The notes beneath the pieces are model-generated. The model was given only the letters and a program-made list of their open reading frames with translations. It made no database searches and was not told where the DNA came from. This document shows positions 10,489 to 21,695 of a DNA stretch of 64,000 nt, piece after piece. The translations under genes were made by a program, and so were the position numbers. Every line of letters starts with the position of its first letter. Positions within the stretch are counted from its first letter, which is position 1. The stretch lies in assembly GCA_965267575.1 (NCBI GenBank), contig OZ254086.1, positions 4,224,001 through 4,288,000 of the forward strand, written 5' to 3'. This stretch comes from Calditrichales bacterium. Lineage in GTDB: Bacteria > Calditrichota > Calditrichia > Calditrichales > J004.

Positions 10489-11262
10489 TTATTTAGCGTG
10501 ATTTTTATTGTAGATAAGCACTATGCCTTCCAGGCTTAAAAATGGATCCACTTTTTCAATAACGGGACAATAAGGCGCTACCATCTGCGCCAATCCGCCG
10601 GTGGCCACTACCCGCACTTCCTGCCCCATTTCCTGCCGTATATCGGCAATTAGCCCCTCAATCATATGGATAAGACCGCGCATAATGCCCACCTGGATGC
10701 TTTCCTCCGTCGTCTTGCCAACCACGTGATCGGGGATCGCCAGATCCACGCGTGGCAGCTTGGCCGCTCTGCGATGTAATGTGCTGATCGACGTCTCGAT
10801 ACCGGGCGCAATGATTCCACCGGCATAATCGCCATTTGCGTCAATACAATCAAATGTAATCGCTGTACCAAAGTCAAGAATAATAAGCGGTTTCCCGTAC
10901 TTTTGTACCCCGGCGACCGCATTGCACAAACGGTCGGCGCCAACCGCGTCGGGATTGGTATACTTGATCGCCATATCCAGTTTGAGCCCGGAAGTAACAA
11001 CCATAGCCGTTTTTTGCAGATACTTCTGACTCATCCATTCCCAGGCCTTAAGCAAATCGGGCACCACGGAAGAAATGGCCACGCCAGCAATATCTTTTGC
11101 ACTGTAGCCGGAACCCCCAAAATAGCTGTTTACCAAAAGGCCGATCTCGTCTTCCGTGCGCGCCAGGGATGACGTAATGCGCCAATGGTGTTTGACCTCC
11201 AGTCCATCCATTATGCCAATAACCGTATGCGTATTTCCGATATCCACAACCAGAAGCATCAA
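10489..11262 (-). CDS. coaX: Type III pantothenate kinase
   Basis: DIGNT, SSVVP, GADR, DFGTAITFD, GGIIAPG and ATGG motifs. Confidence 0.96.
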   Translation of the reverse strand: MMLLVVDIGNTHTVIGIMDGLEVKHHWRITSSLARTEDEIGLLVNSYFGGSGYSAKDIAGVAISSVVPDLLKAWEWMSQKYLQKTAMVVTSGLKLDMAIKYTNPDAVGADRLCNAVAGVQKYGKPLIILDFGTAITFDCIDANGDYAGGIIAPGIETSISTLHRRAAKLPRVDLAIPDHVVGKTTEESIQVGIMRGLIHMIEGLIADIRQEMGQEVRVVATGGLAQMVAPYCPVIEKVDPFLSLEGIVLIYNKNHAK

Positions 11263-12056
11263 TAATAATCCTCTATTTCACCGCTGATCAGTGTTTTTTT
11301 GTCGCCGTTTGCCGTTTCATAAATCAAAAATCCGCGTGCGTCAATGCCGTAAAAAAGGCCACCCTCCGTCCCCCGCGCTGTTTTGAAAGAAAGTTCGCGG
11401 TTCTTATGATCACAGGCGGAAAGCCATAACTCATTTACGCTTTCAAAGTTCTCCCGCCGCCATTGCATGTAACAGGATTCAAAATTTTCAATAAGCTTTG
11501 CAGCGATTGTTTTTAACTCCAGGTCCGTGCCGCAGATATCTCTCAGGCTTGTTGCTTTACGAGCCAGTTCATCCGGCATTTCAGACCGACGCCAGTTTAC
11601 ATTCAGGCCGAATCCGCAAACCAGTGCTTCCGTGCTGCGTTCGCGGCTGATGCTTTCCACGAGAATTCCAGCCACTTTGCGCCGCTCATACACCAGGTCG
11701 TTGGGCCATTTGAGCTTTAAGCCTTGCAGGGCAGCAGCATATTCCGGGAAGGCGGATATTATGCTCTGTCTTAAAATCCAGGCGCTTCCCAGCGTCATTT
11801 TCAATGAATCGATCAGCTCAATCTGCGGGCGGCACAAAATGCTCAGCGATAAATTCTTTCCCGGCGGAGCCTGCCATGTCCGGCCCAGCCGACCTTTGCC
11901 CTTCTCCTGGAAAGCGCTCCAGACAACTATACCTTCGTCAGCACCGGCCCTCGCCAACCCGAGCGCCTCATCATTGGTCGAGCCGATCGTTTCGTAGTAT
12001 TTCAGTTTATCAGCTTTGCCAAAAACGCGCGTATCTAATGCGGTCAGCATCATCAA
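11259..12056 (-). CDS. birA: Biotin--protein ligase (no N-terminal HTH)
   Basis: STND, Q.KGKGRLGRTW, KWPND and KVAGILVE motifs. Confidence 0.95.
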   Translation of the reverse strand: MMMLTALDTRVFGKADKLKYYETIGSTNDEALGLARAGADEGIVVWSAFQEKGKGRLGRTWQAPPGKNLSLSILCRPQIELIDSLKMTLGSAWILRQSIISAFPEYAAALQGLKLKWPNDLVYERRKVAGILVESISRERSTEALVCGFGLNVNWRRSEMPDELARKATSLRDICGTDLELKTIAAKLIENFESCYMQWRRENFESVNELWLSACDHKNRELSFKTARGTEGGLFYGIDARGFLIYETANGDKKTLISGEIEDYY

Positions 12057-12074
12057 ATTATGCAGAACCTTTCT

Positions 12075-12638
12075 TTACAAAAGCTCCCAGGAAATGCGTT
12101 GTCCTTCCCGGATAGCGTAACGGTCCGTGAAACCGGCCCGCACTTCAACAACAAACTGCGCCGGAGCCGTGCTGGAATAAAGCCGCTCCGAATATGGCAC
12201 CGTCTCTTTCTGTATCGTAATAATCTTATAGGCCGCGTTTACAAAAATAATGTCCAGCGAGACGGACGTATTTTTCATCCAGAAATGACGAATATCCTCA
12301 TCGGGATAAATAAAAAGCATACCCTGGTTTTCCGGAATATCCTCGCGGAACATCAGCCCCTTAGTCTGCTCGTAATTGGTCTGCGCCACCTCGACAATAA
12401 TTTTGACGTTCTGCCTGTTTTCGTCGTCAAAAAAAGTAACCAAACCGAGCTGAGCAGGGCCGCTACCCGTTTTGTTTACCTCATCCTGGATTTCTATGGC
12501 CCGGTCAACGCTGAATTGGTAAAAGAGCATCAAACCAATGACAACGACAATAACTACAAGTAAATCGATTACGGTTAGGCGGCGGGATTTGCGTGCGCTT
12601 TTTTTTGGATCGGATCCTGCTTTTCGGAAATCGCTCAT
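12075..12638 (-). CDS. DUF192 family protein with N-terminal membrane anchor
   Basis: GLMFR, GMLF, FWMKNT..SLDIIF and VVEV.AG motifs. Confidence 0.9.
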   Translation of the reverse strand: MSDFRKAGSDPKKSARKSRRLTVIDLLVVIVVVIGLMLFYQFSVDRAIEIQDEVNKTGSGPAQLGLVTFFDDENRQNVKIIVEVAQTNYEQTKGLMFREDIPENQGMLFIYPDEDIRHFWMKNTSVSLDIIFVNAAYKIITIQKETVPYSERLYSSTAPAQFVVEVRAGFTDRYAIREGQRISWELL

Positions 12639-12654
12639 TGCGTGTTTTTTATAA

Positions 12655-13617
12655 TTATACAGACCATTTCAATCTACCTGTTTGCAAAAAACTTTGCAAC
12701 TGTTCAACCGTTTGAGAAGCCTTGCGCGGAACCGCTTCGCGGGTGTTGAAACTGTTGTGCGGTGTAAGGATCACTTCGTCTTTTCCGGCCAGGTCCAGCG
12801 TTGCTTTTACCTGCGGATCAGTGCTTGCTTTTCCTGAGCGCAGGCTTGTCGCCAGCTCGCTTTCGCGATCATACACATCGAGCGCCATCGCCGAGAGTCT
12901 TCCGCTCTCCAGGGCCGTCAGCAAATCCGTGGAAGGCGACATTTCGCCGCGTGCTGTATTTATAAAAACCTGCCCCGGTTTGTTCTTCTTAAAAAGGCCC
13001 ATATTGAAATAGCCACGGTTTTGGGCTGTAAGATTCATATTGCAGGAAACAACGTCTGCCCGGGCCATGCCTTCCTCGATTGAGACATACTCCACATCTT
13101 CATGGCGTTCACGAATATCCACGCCAAGAACTTTCATGCCCAGCGCCCCGCACATCCGGTAGAGCTCATAGCCTATATTGCCCACGCCGACAATCAGCAG
13201 CGTTTTGTTTTGCAGTTCCATGCCCGTCAAGCCATCGCGTTTAAAAGAGGCGAATTGCGCCGCTTGCTGCGGCAGCTTGCGATAAAGCGCCAGCATGAGC
13301 AAAAGACACTGCTCGGCCACGGCCCGGTGGCAATAACGCGGTAGATAACCAAGGGCCGTTTCGCTATCGGTTTTTTCACGGTATTTAAGAAGATGATCGT
13401 AACCGGTGCTGCGCGAAATTATGGCCTCAAGCTCCGGCGCCCACGCTTCCGGCAAGGCACTTTGCGTACGCGTGGAAATGATCCTCGCCGGCGGCTCCTT
13501 GTGCCCCGTTTCCTGAATTGTCTGCCAGCTAAAACCGGCCTTTATATCGCCGCCCAGCGCCTGGCGCAGTGCTTTTTCCTCTTCTTCAAAGGCTTCGTAA
13601 AAGAATACGGTGTACAT
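12655..13617 (-). CDS. D-isomer specific 2-hydroxyacid dehydrogenase
   Basis: RSTGYDH, GVGNIG, FINTARG, LDVY and TPH motifs. Confidence 0.9.
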   Translation of the reverse strand: MYTVFFYEAFEEEEKALRQALGGDIKAGFSWQTIQETGHKEPPARIISTRTQSALPEAWAPELEAIISRSTGYDHLLKYREKTDSETALGYLPRYCHRAVAEQCLLLMLALYRKLPQQAAQFASFKRDGLTGMELQNKTLLIVGVGNIGYELYRMCGALGMKVLGVDIRERHEDVEYVSIEEGMARADVVSCNMNLTAQNRGYFNMGLFKKNKPGQVFINTARGEMSPSTDLLTALESGRLSAMALDVYDRESELATSLRSGKASTDPQVKATLDLAGKDEVILTPHNSFNTREAVPRKASQTVEQLQSFLQTGRLKWSV

Positions 13618-13763
13618 GTTTTGATCGTGTTAGTGTGTTTGTGTGTTAAAGTTCTTTTTCATACGCATTATCTTAATCATTCTCAAAAAATGTCCGGGAG
13701 TCCTGGAGTCTCGACGTCTTGAGGTCATTACCAAATTCAGATCTTTCGTTCTTAATTTTGTGT

Positions 13764-14750
13764 TCATTTAGTACCAAAAATTTTTTCCAATATGGTCTGC
13801 GCTGCCGTCGTGGGATTTATCTTTTTGGCATGCAATTTTTGTTTCATTATTTTAATCTCTTCGGCAACACCCGGTCTGGATAGAATTTTCTTGCGCAGCT
13901 GTTCTTCAACCAGTTCCAGCATCCATTGCTCGGCCTGCTCTTCACGCCGTTTACCAAAATATCCTTGTTCTTCCACGTGGCCGCGATAATCCAGCACTGT
14001 TTGCCACAGCTCCGCGATGCCTTCACCTTTCATGGCCGAGCATGTCTGTACCGGCGTTTCCCAGCCGGGCGTTGCAGGACTAAGATAGTGCAGCGCCAGC
14101 CGTAGATCGCGCCGGGCGGCGATGGCTTTTTCGCGGTTATCGCCATCGGCTTTGTTTACCAGCACCAGGTCGGCCAGCTCCATAACGCCCTTTTTTATAC
14201 CTTGCAGCTCATCGCCCGCACCGGCAATCTGGATAAGTACAAAAAAATCAACCATGCCGCGAACAGTGATTTCACCCTGCCCGACACCCATGGTTTCAAC
14301 CAGGATCACGTCAAAACCGGCCGCTTCACAAAGCAAAATCGTTTCACGGGTTTTTCGCGCCACGCCACCCAGCGCGCCCCCGGAAGGCGAAGGCCGGATA
14401 AACGCTTCATCACGCCGGGATAACTGCTCCATGCGTGTTTTGTCGCCAAGAATGCTACCGCGGCTGCGGCTGCTGGACGGGTCCACGGCAAGAACCGCAA
14501 CCTTATTCCCTTTTTCGATAATGTGCAGGCCAAGCGTTTCGATGAGCGTGCTTTTGCCCGCGCCGGGTACACCCGTTATGCCAATCCTGACGGAATTGCC
14601 TGTATGTGGCAGGACATTATTCAACAACTCCTGCGCCTGCTGAAAATGGTGCGGCGCGTTGGACTCGATAAGCGTTATAGCCCGGGCGAGAGTGATGCGA
14701 TCGCCGGACGTTATTTTTTTTAGAATTTCTTTGTTATTGGAGGTTGTCAC
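13764..14750 (-). CDS. meaB: Methylmalonyl-CoA mutase-associated GTPase MeaB/ArgK
   Basis: GITGVPGAGKST, AVDPSS, GSILGDKTRM and NKAD motifs; linked to the mutase genes. Confidence 0.96.
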   Translation of the reverse strand: MTTSNNKEILKKITSGDRITLARAITLIESNAPHHFQQAQELLNNVLPHTGNSVRIGITGVPGAGKSTLIETLGLHIIEKGNKVAVLAVDPSSSRSRGSILGDKTRMEQLSRRDEAFIRPSPSGGALGGVARKTRETILLCEAAGFDVILVETMGVGQGEITVRGMVDFFVLIQIAGAGDELQGIKKGVMELADLVLVNKADGDNREKAIAARRDLRLALHYLSPATPGWETPVQTCSAMKGEGIAELWQTVLDYRGHVEEQGYFGKRREEQAEQWMLELVEEQLRKKILSRPGVAEEIKIMKQKLHAKKINPTTAAQTILEKIFGTK

Positions 14751-14794
14751 AGATGCTGCTCGGTTTCAGGCTTTTGCGGGTTTGGCGGAAAATC

Positions 14795-15373
14795 TTATTC
14801 TTCGAAAACGGCTTCCAGCTTAATTTCAAAACCTTTCACGACCGCGGATGTTATTTTGCCGCTTTTCTCCGAACGTTGGATTTGCTTGTAGGTATTGTCC
14901 TGCAGGCTGTATGTTTCAATCCAGCGGCGTTTGGGGTCAGCAATCCAATATTCGTTTACACCGAATTTGGCATATAATTCTTTTTTGTCAAACAGATCGC
15001 GGTAAGTGGTTGAAGGGGACAGGATTTCAATAATCAGGTCCGGGGCACCCTGGATATTTTTCTCGGTAATTATCTCCTTGTTTTCGCGGGAGATAAAAAT
15101 GATATCAGGCTGACAGATATTCAGATCACTAAGCACAACATCTAAAGGGGCAAAAAGTACAATGCCAAGATTCTCTCTTTCTACATACTCATCTAATTTT
15201 CTAAAAATAGATTTCACTACCTTTTGATGCATGACCTGCGGCGACGGCGACATGACAAGCTCCCCTTCGATAAGTTCGTAAGCTCCACTGTCCTCGGGGA
15301 GCTTCTGCCAATCCTCATAGGTAAATACTTTTTTTTGTGTTTTATGGGCGGCCATCGGATCGTTGACCTTCAT
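14795..15373 (-). CDS. Uma2 (DUF820) family putative endonuclease
   Basis: YELIEGEL.MSPSP...HQ, QPDI, APDLIIEILSPST and K..LYAKFGV.EYWI.DP motifs. Confidence 0.93.
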   Translation of the reverse strand: MKVNDPMAAHKTQKKVFTYEDWQKLPEDSGAYELIEGELVMSPSPQVMHQKVVKSIFRKLDEYVERENLGIVLFAPLDVVLSDLNICQPDIIFISRENKEIITEKNIQGAPDLIIEILSPSTTYRDLFDKKELYAKFGVNEYWIADPKRRWIETYSLQDNTYKQIQRSEKSGKITSAVVKGFEIKLEAVFEE

Positions 15374-15550
15374 AACTCACCTCGGTTGGTTATCACGTGC
15401 AATATAAGCTTAAACAGTCAACCTCTCCAAAAGTAAGGCTAAATGAATGTGGATTGATGAATTGGTACGGGAAGATCAACACAAAACCATGCTTCACGAC
15501 ATTCTTTTTCCCGGAGGAAAGCAGAAATTCGTAATTCTTAATTCGTAATT

Positions 15551-17689
15551 TTACCCCTGCATCAGTTTATCAAGCACCATCTTCGCCGCATCAGGGATAA
15601 CGGTGCCCGGCCCAAAAATAGCCACAGCGCCATTCTTATAAAGATAGTCATAATCTTTCTGCGGAATTACGCCGCCGCACACCACTTTAATATCATCCCG
15701 GCCCAGGGCTTTTAAAGCGTCCACCAGCTTTGGTAACAGCGTCTTGTGCCCCGCCGCCAGCGAACTCATACCGATCACGTGCACGTCATTTTCAGCTGCC
15801 TGGCGCGCGGTCTCTTCCGGCGTCTGGAACAACGGCCCGATGTCCACATCAAACCCAAGATCGGCAAAGGCGGTAGCGATAACTTTGGCGCCACGGTCAT
15901 GCCCGTCCTGACCCATTTTAGCAATCATAATACGCGGACGGCGGCCTTCTTTTTGCTCAAAGGCATCGGTTAGCTCCTGCACTTCGCGCACCCGGCTTTC
16001 GTCGCCGTAGTTGCTGCTGTATACCCCGGAAACGGATTTTGTCATAGCTAGGTGCCTCCCGAATACTTTTTCCATGGCCTGGGATATTTCGCCCAGGCTG
16101 GCGCGCGCCCGTGCCGCTTCTACGGCGCGTTCCAGTAAATTGCCCTCACCGCTTTCGGCACAGGCTGTTAGCGCGTTTAAAGCCGATTGCGTTTTTGCCT
16201 CATCACGCTCTTCGCGCAGCTTCTGCAGCCTTTTAATCTGTGCTTCGCGTACAGCCGTGTTGTCCACCTCCAGTGTCTCCAGCGGCTCTTCTTTGTCCGG
16301 ACGGTAGCGGTTTATCCCGATGATCGGCTCTTCGCCGCTGTCAATACGTGCCTGGCGACGCGCGGCCGCTTCCTCAATGCGCAATTTGGGTAATCCGTTC
16401 TCGATGGCTTTGGCCATGCCGCCCATCTCTTCCACTTCACGAATGTGTTCCCAGGCTTTATTCATCAGTGCGCCGGTCAGGCTTTCCACGTAATAGCTGC
16501 CACCCCAGGGATCGATCACCTTGCACAGGTCGGTCTCCTCCTGCAGGTAAAGCTGCGTGTTGCGGGCTATCCGCGCCGAAAAATCGGTAGGCAGCGCTAT
16601 AGCTTCATCCAGAGAATTTGTGTGTAGTGATTGTGTATGTCCCGCGCCCGCGGCCATTGCCTCGATGCACGTTCTCACCACATTATTATAAGGATCCTGC
16701 TCGGTCAGGCTCCAGCCCGATGTCTGGCTGTGTGTCCGCAAAGCCATCGACTTTGGATTCTGCGGATTAAATGTTTTTACTATCTTTGACCACAGCAACC
16801 GGGCCGCGCGCATCTTGGCCACTTCCATAAAATAGTTCATCCCCACGGCCCAGAAAAACGAAAGCCGCGGCGCAAAAGCATCAACCTCCAATCCGGCTTT
16901 AATACCGCTGCGCAGATACTCCCAGCCGTCCGCCAGCGTATAGGCCATCTCAAGGTCGGCGGTGGCGCCGGCTTCCTGCATGTGATAGCCGGAAATGCTG
17001 ATGCTGTTAAACGCCGGCATGTGCTGCGCGGTAAAACGGAAAATATCACCGATGATGCGCATGGACGGTTCCGGTGGATAGATATAAGTATTGCGCACCA
17101 TGTACTCTTTCAGGATGTCGTTCTGGATGGTGCCGGCCAGCTTTTCCATGGGCACGCCCTGCTCTTCCGCGGTAACGATAAAAAAGGCCATCACCGGGAT
17201 CACGGCACCGTTCATGGTCATGGAAACGGAGATCTTGTCCAGCGGAATACCGTCAAATAAAATTTTCATATCAAGGATAGAATCAATGGCGACGCCGGCT
17301 TTGCCCACGTCACCGATCACACGCTCATGGTCGGAATCGTAACCGCGGTGCGTTGCCAGGTCGAAGGCCACGGACAAGCCGCGTTGACCGGCGGCCAGGT
17401 TGCGGCGGTAAAAGGCGTTGCTCTCCTCTGCGGTGGAAAACCCGGCGTACTGCCTGATTGTCCATGGCCGCATGATGTACATCGTAGCGTAAGGCCCGCG
17501 CAAAAACGGCGGTATTCCGGCCGTGTAATCAATATGCTGAAGCCCGTCCAGATCATCACGGTTGTAAACAGGCTTTACGCCGATTTGCTCGTACGTCTCC
17601 CATTTTTCTTTCGCCCCGCCGTCTTTGCCTCTTGGCCCCGAAACTGCGGGCTTTTCAAAAGCAATATTTTTAAAGTCTGGTCTTTTCAT
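15551..17689 (-). CDS. scpA: Methylmalonyl-CoA mutase, large (catalytic) subunit
   Basis: [20 protein letters not shown] and cobalamin-binding GQDGHDRG (DxHxxG). Confidence 0.97.
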   Translation of the reverse strand: MKRPDFKNIAFEKPAVSGPRGKDGGAKEKWETYEQIGVKPVYNRDDLDGLQHIDYTAGIPPFLRGPYATMYIMRPWTIRQYAGFSTAEESNAFYRRNLAAGQRGLSVAFDLATHRGYDSDHERVIGDVGKAGVAIDSILDMKILFDGIPLDKISVSMTMNGAVIPVMAFFIVTAEEQGVPMEKLAGTIQNDILKEYMVRNTYIYPPEPSMRIIGDIFRFTAQHMPAFNSISISGYHMQEAGATADLEMAYTLADGWEYLRSGIKAGLEVDAFAPRLSFFWAVGMNYFMEVAKMRAARLLWSKIVKTFNPQNPKSMALRTHSQTSGWSLTEQDPYNNVVRTCIEAMAAGAGHTQSLHTNSLDEAIALPTDFSARIARNTQLYLQEETDLCKVIDPWGGSYYVESLTGALMNKAWEHIREVEEMGGMAKAIENGLPKLRIEEAAARRQARIDSGEEPIIGINRYRPDKEEPLETLEVDNTAVREAQIKRLQKLREERDEAKTQSALNALTACAESGEGNLLERAVEAARARASLGEISQAMEKVFGRHLAMTKSVSGVYSSNYGDESRVREVQELTDAFEQKEGRRPRIMIAKMGQDGHDRGAKVIATAFADLGFDVDIGPLFQTPEETARQAAENDVHVIGMSSLAAGHKTLLPKLVDALKALGRDDIKVVCGGVIPQKDYDYLYKNGAVAIFGPGTVIPDAAKMVLDKLMQG

Positions 17690-17718
17690 TTTATAATCTG
17701 TTCAGATTGTTTTAATGG

Positions 17719-19575
17719 TTAATCGAGTAAATTTTCCAGGACGTCCGGCACATTGGATTTCAAATGGACAAAACCGTCGATGCCTGCTTCCCGCCATTTC
17801 TGCTCATTTTCCGCGGGATGGCCGGCAAGGTACAAAGGCCGCTCCGTCTGCTCGCGGAAGCCGGGCGCAAATACCGGCACCACCTCGTGGTAATCCTCAT
17901 CGGAAGCACACAGCACAACCACATCAGCCGATGCCCCAAGCGCGTGTTCCAGCGCGTCCGCAGCGCTGTCAAAATAATGCGTGTCATCCACCCCGAAAGC
18001 CGCAACTTCAAAAAAGCCGCGCACAAAATCGGAGCGCGCTTTTAGCCGAGCTTTGCTTCCAACGTGGGCCACCAATACCTGCGGCTTTTGCTTCATTGCT
18101 TCCACACGCTGGCGCATTTTTTCAAAGGGCAGCAAGAGCCGTTGCGGCTTCAGCCCCGGGAAAAACTCGCTTATCGCTAAATCTTTTGTGGAAGGTATTT
18201 TCCGTTGCGCTTTGTCGGGACGTTTTTCGGTAAGATTGGGATAAATATTGCTGCCGATTGCCCTGCGCTTACGCACGGCCAGTTCCGATAACTGCTTTTC
18301 GGCGTTTGCTTTTACTTCCTCCTGGAACCAGCCTTTGCGCAACGCGGCCGTTATGCCCCCTTCGGCTTCGATACGCTGGAACAACGCCCATGACTTTTCG
18401 GCCAATTGCATGGTCAGCGTTTCGATGTAGGCGCTGCCACCGGGAGGATCAATCACTTTAGCCAGGTGGCTCTCCTCGCGCAGTACAATCTGCGTGTTGC
18501 GCGCAATACGCCGGGCAAAATCATCGGGCAAACCCAATACGGAATCAAAAGGCGTTACCTCCAAACTGTCACAACCGCCGCAGATGGCGGCAAAACTTTC
18601 GCCGGTTACGCGCAGCATATTTACCCAGGGGTCATAATACGATTTATTGCGCAAAGCCGTTCGGGCATCGATTGCTGTTTTGGTTAAGTCACCCTGCAAT
18701 CCAAGTGCCGCGGCCATTTTGGACCAGAGCAATCGCAGCGCACGCATTTTGGCAATTTCCCGGAACGTATCGTTGCCGATGGCAAGCTGAACACGCACCT
18801 GTCTGATGGCGCGCTCCGGTTTAATGCCGGCCTTACCAAGCAAGGTAAGATATTCCGCGCCCAGGGCCAGCACATAAGCCAATTGTTGCAGCGCATGGCC
18901 GCCTGCTTCCAGTATGACATCACTGCGCATACTGAAAAGCCTCAGGTTAGGAAAATTCTCATCAAGAGCATTAATTTTCCCAGCGTAGCTGTCCATGCTG
19001 TTTTCAAGTTTCTCCGCCAGGCCGCCGGACCACAGCGCGGCACTGAGCGGATCGCCGCCCAGCGCAAGCAAACGCTTACTGCCGGATGGATGCATCGCGG
19101 CAAACAGATCAGCCAGATGCGGCGCTTCCGTCATGCCGTTGGCAAACACCGGCAAACCGGGATCACTCCCTTCCAGCAGCTTCTCCAACTGCGAAGCGTC
19201 CTTTAGTGCCAGCGTGCCCTGGTATTCCGCGTCAATTTCGGCGGGAAAAACCAAATCAAAACGCACGGCGTTCTGCCCGCGTTTTAGTACATCTTTAAGC
19301 GTTTCATTGAATTTTTCAGCGCCGCAGTAGAGCCCTTGCGCCACATGCCAGCCGGCTTTCTGTGAGGCCCCACGCGTAAAAGGCGCTTCTCCGGACGTAC
19401 CGCTGTCCGGCGCTTTGCCCCGTTCATAGATCGGCTGAAGCGTAATTCCTTCTTCCGTCTGCGTAAACAATGTTTTTTCAAAAACCCGCCCTTTGAGCAG
19501 CTGCTCGGCCGCGGCCTTCCACTGTTCATAATCCGCAACCGGAAAGTCTTTTTTCAGGTCTGGTGTTTTTTCCAT
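17719..19575 (-). CDS. Methylmalonyl-CoA mutase, small subunit
   Basis: EIAKMRALRLLW, DPWVNMLR and RIARNTQIVLREES motifs; lacks DxHxxG; lies directly upstream of the large subunit. Confidence 0.92.
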   Translation of the reverse strand: MEKTPDLKKDFPVADYEQWKAAAEQLLKGRVFEKTLFTQTEEGITLQPIYERGKAPDSGTSGEAPFTRGASQKAGWHVAQGLYCGAEKFNETLKDVLKRGQNAVRFDLVFPAEIDAEYQGTLALKDASQLEKLLEGSDPGLPVFANGMTEAPHLADLFAAMHPSGSKRLLALGGDPLSAALWSGGLAEKLENSMDSYAGKINALDENFPNLRLFSMRSDVILEAGGHALQQLAYVLALGAEYLTLLGKAGIKPERAIRQVRVQLAIGNDTFREIAKMRALRLLWSKMAAALGLQGDLTKTAIDARTALRNKSYYDPWVNMLRVTGESFAAICGGCDSLEVTPFDSVLGLPDDFARRIARNTQIVLREESHLAKVIDPPGGSAYIETLTMQLAEKSWALFQRIEAEGGITAALRKGWFQEEVKANAEKQLSELAVRKRRAIGSNIYPNLTEKRPDKAQRKIPSTKDLAISEFFPGLKPQRLLLPFEKMRQRVEAMKQKPQVLVAHVGSKARLKARSDFVRGFFEVAAFGVDDTHYFDSAADALEHALGASADVVVLCASDEDYHEVVPVFAPGFREQTERPLYLAGHPAENEQKWREAGIDGFVHLKSNVPDVLENLLD

Positions 19576-19674
19576 CTTGTATATGAGTTTTGGACCAAAT
19601 CAAACAATCAAAAGAAAAAATTAGTCTCAAAAGACCGTTTGTTTTTTGGCTTTTATTATTTGTGATTTCCTGAC

Positions 19675-20190
19675 TCAGGCATCTGTGCCTTTTATTTTAA
19701 CAAGCATCGCGTTTTGTTCAACCGCGTCTTTTTCTTTAACGCCCACTTCCAGGACTTCGCAGTCAAACGGCGCTTTAATCAGGTTTTCCATCTTCATGGC
19801 TTCCAGGATCAGCAGCGCGTCGCCTTCTTTAAACGCCTCACCGGGAGCGGCATTTACCTTAACCACCAATCCGGGTATCGGCGCCTTGATCACTTTTTCG
19901 CCGTGGGCACCGCCGACAGCTTTTATCAGTTCTTTTACCTGCCGCGTCCGCTCGTCCTCCACAAGCACCTGGAACTGGTCACCAACCACGCGCACAAACA
20001 TGTTTTCCTGCTTTTTGCTCAGGTTAACGATGTAGGGCATGTTGTTGTAAATCAGCGAATAACGACCGTCGCCAAGCGCCTCAAGTTCCACATCCACGCG
20101 CTTGCCGTCACGTGAGAGGTAAAAACCGCTTTCATCTTCCAGAAGCTCGTATTCATATTTGTGTTGTTTTGTATCCGCGAAAACTTTCAT
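19675..20190 (-). CDS. Biotin carboxyl carrier protein (acyl-CoA carboxylase)
   Basis: APIPG and LEAMKMEN biotinylation motif. Confidence 0.94.
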   Translation of the reverse strand: MKVFADTKQHKYEYELLEDESGFYLSRDGKRVDVELEALGDGRYSLIYNNMPYIVNLSKKQENMFVRVVGDQFQVLVEDERTRQVKELIKAVGGAHGEKVIKAPIPGLVVKVNAAPGEAFKEGDALLILEAMKMENLIKAPFDCEVLEVGVKEKDAVEQNAMLVKIKGTDA

Positions 20191-21695
20191 CGTGAACCTA
20201 CCCTGCTTTGTCTGTGAATAAATTTCCAGCCGCTGCTTTTTTGCCCGGCATTATCGCTGCCACCCACGAGCTGCACTTTCTTGCGCTCTTCCAGTTCCCC
20301 CAGAATGGCGGCCAAACCGGCGATCTCGGCGAATTCTTCATCTTCGCCCAGCAACGTCTCCTTATGCTTCTCAATGAAATGCGTGGTAAAGTCGCCGGCA
20401 CGGAATTCTTCATTTTCAAAAACGCGAATCAAAAACGGTATCGATGTTTTAATGCCCGATATTTCATATTCGCGCAAAGCCCTAAGCATACGGCGCGCGG
20501 CATGGTCACGGTTGCTGCCCCAGGCGCACAGCTTGGAGATCATCGGATCGTAATAAAGGGAAATTTCACTGCCTTTGGTGACGCCGCTGTCTTCACGCAC
20601 GCCGGGCCCTTTGGCAGGATTGAGATATTCTATTTTACCGGGGGAAGGCGCCCAGTTGTTGTCCGGATCTTCGGCATACAGGCGGCACTCGAAGGCGTGG
20701 CCCCAAAAGCTGGTCTTGCTCTCTTTAACGCGCAGCTTTTCACCGGCGGCAATGTGCAGTTGCTCCTCCACCAGGTCAAGACCGGTCACCATTTCCGTTA
20801 CCGGGTGTTCCACCTGCAGGCGGGTATTCATTTCCAGGAAATAGAAATCACGATTCTTATCAACCAGGAATTCAATGGTACCGGCATTTTGATAGTTGCA
20901 GGCTTTGGCAGCGTTGATGGCTGCTTCACCCATGCGCTTGCGCAGATCGTCATCCAGCAGCGATGACGGAGCTTCTTCGATCACTTTCTGGTGCCGGCGC
21001 TGAATGGAGCATTCACGCTCGCCGAGATGCACCACGTTGCCATGGGCATCAGCCAGTATCTGAAATTCGATGTGCCGCGGTTGTTCAACAAATTTTTCAA
21101 TATAAACCGACTCGTCGTTGAAGGCCGCTTTGGCTTCACGGGCCGCGCCTTCAACTGCTTCTTTAAAATCTTTGTCGCTCGTAACAAGCCGCATGCCCTT
21201 TCCACCGCCACCGGCAGCCGCCTTTATCAGCACCGGATAGCCGATCTCGCGGGCAACCTTTTGGGCTTCCGCGGCATCTTTTATAGCGTCTTCCGTGCCG
21301 GGCACGGTGGGCACCTTGTTGGCGATCATCAACTTGCGCGCCTCGGTCTTGTTACCCATCACGCGGATGGCGTGCGCTTTAGGACCGATAAAGACTAAAC
21401 CGGCCTTCTCCACCTCTTCGGCAAAATCAGCATTTTCAGACAAAAAGCCATACCCGGGATGGATTGCTTCGGCTCCCGTCTTTTTGGCGATGTCCAGTAT
21501 TTTTTCCCAGCGCAGGTAGCTCTCCTGGGATGTCTTGCCGCCCAAAGGGTATGCTTCATAAGCGCTGTAAACAAAGGGACTCTTACGGTCCGGCTCGGAA
21601 TAAACAGCCACCGATTCTATCCCCATTTCGTTGCATGTACGGATAATGCGTAAGGCTATTTCACCGCGGTTGGCGATGAGTATTTTTTTAAACAT
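20187..21695 (-). CDS. accC: Biotin carboxylase subunit (acetyl/propionyl-CoA carboxylase)
   Basis: MFKKILIANRGEIA, HPGYGFLSEN, RECSIQRRHQK and EMNTRLQVEHP motifs. Start moved to ATG 21695, which has an AGGAAGG RBS. Confidence 0.95.
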   Translation of the reverse strand: MFKKILIANRGEIALRIIRTCNEMGIESVAVYSEPDRKSPFVYSAYEAYPLGGKTSQESYLRWEKILDIAKKTGAEAIHPGYGFLSENADFAEEVEKAGLVFIGPKAHAIRVMGNKTEARKLMIANKVPTVPGTEDAIKDAAEAQKVAREIGYPVLIKAAAGGGGKGMRLVTSDKDFKEAVEGAAREAKAAFNDESVYIEKFVEQPRHIEFQILADAHGNVVHLGERECSIQRRHQKVIEEAPSSLLDDDLRKRMGEAAINAAKACNYQNAGTIEFLVDKNRDFYFLEMNTRLQVEHPVTEMVTGLDLVEEQLHIAAGEKLRVKESKTSFWGHAFECRLYAEDPDNNWAPSPGKIEYLNPAKGPGVREDSGVTKGSEISLYYDPMISKLCAWGSNRDHAARRMLRALREYEISGIKTSIPFLIRVFENEEFRAGDFTTHFIEKHKETLLGEDEEFAEIAGLAAILGELEERKKVQLVGGSDNAGQKSSGWKFIHRQSRVGSR

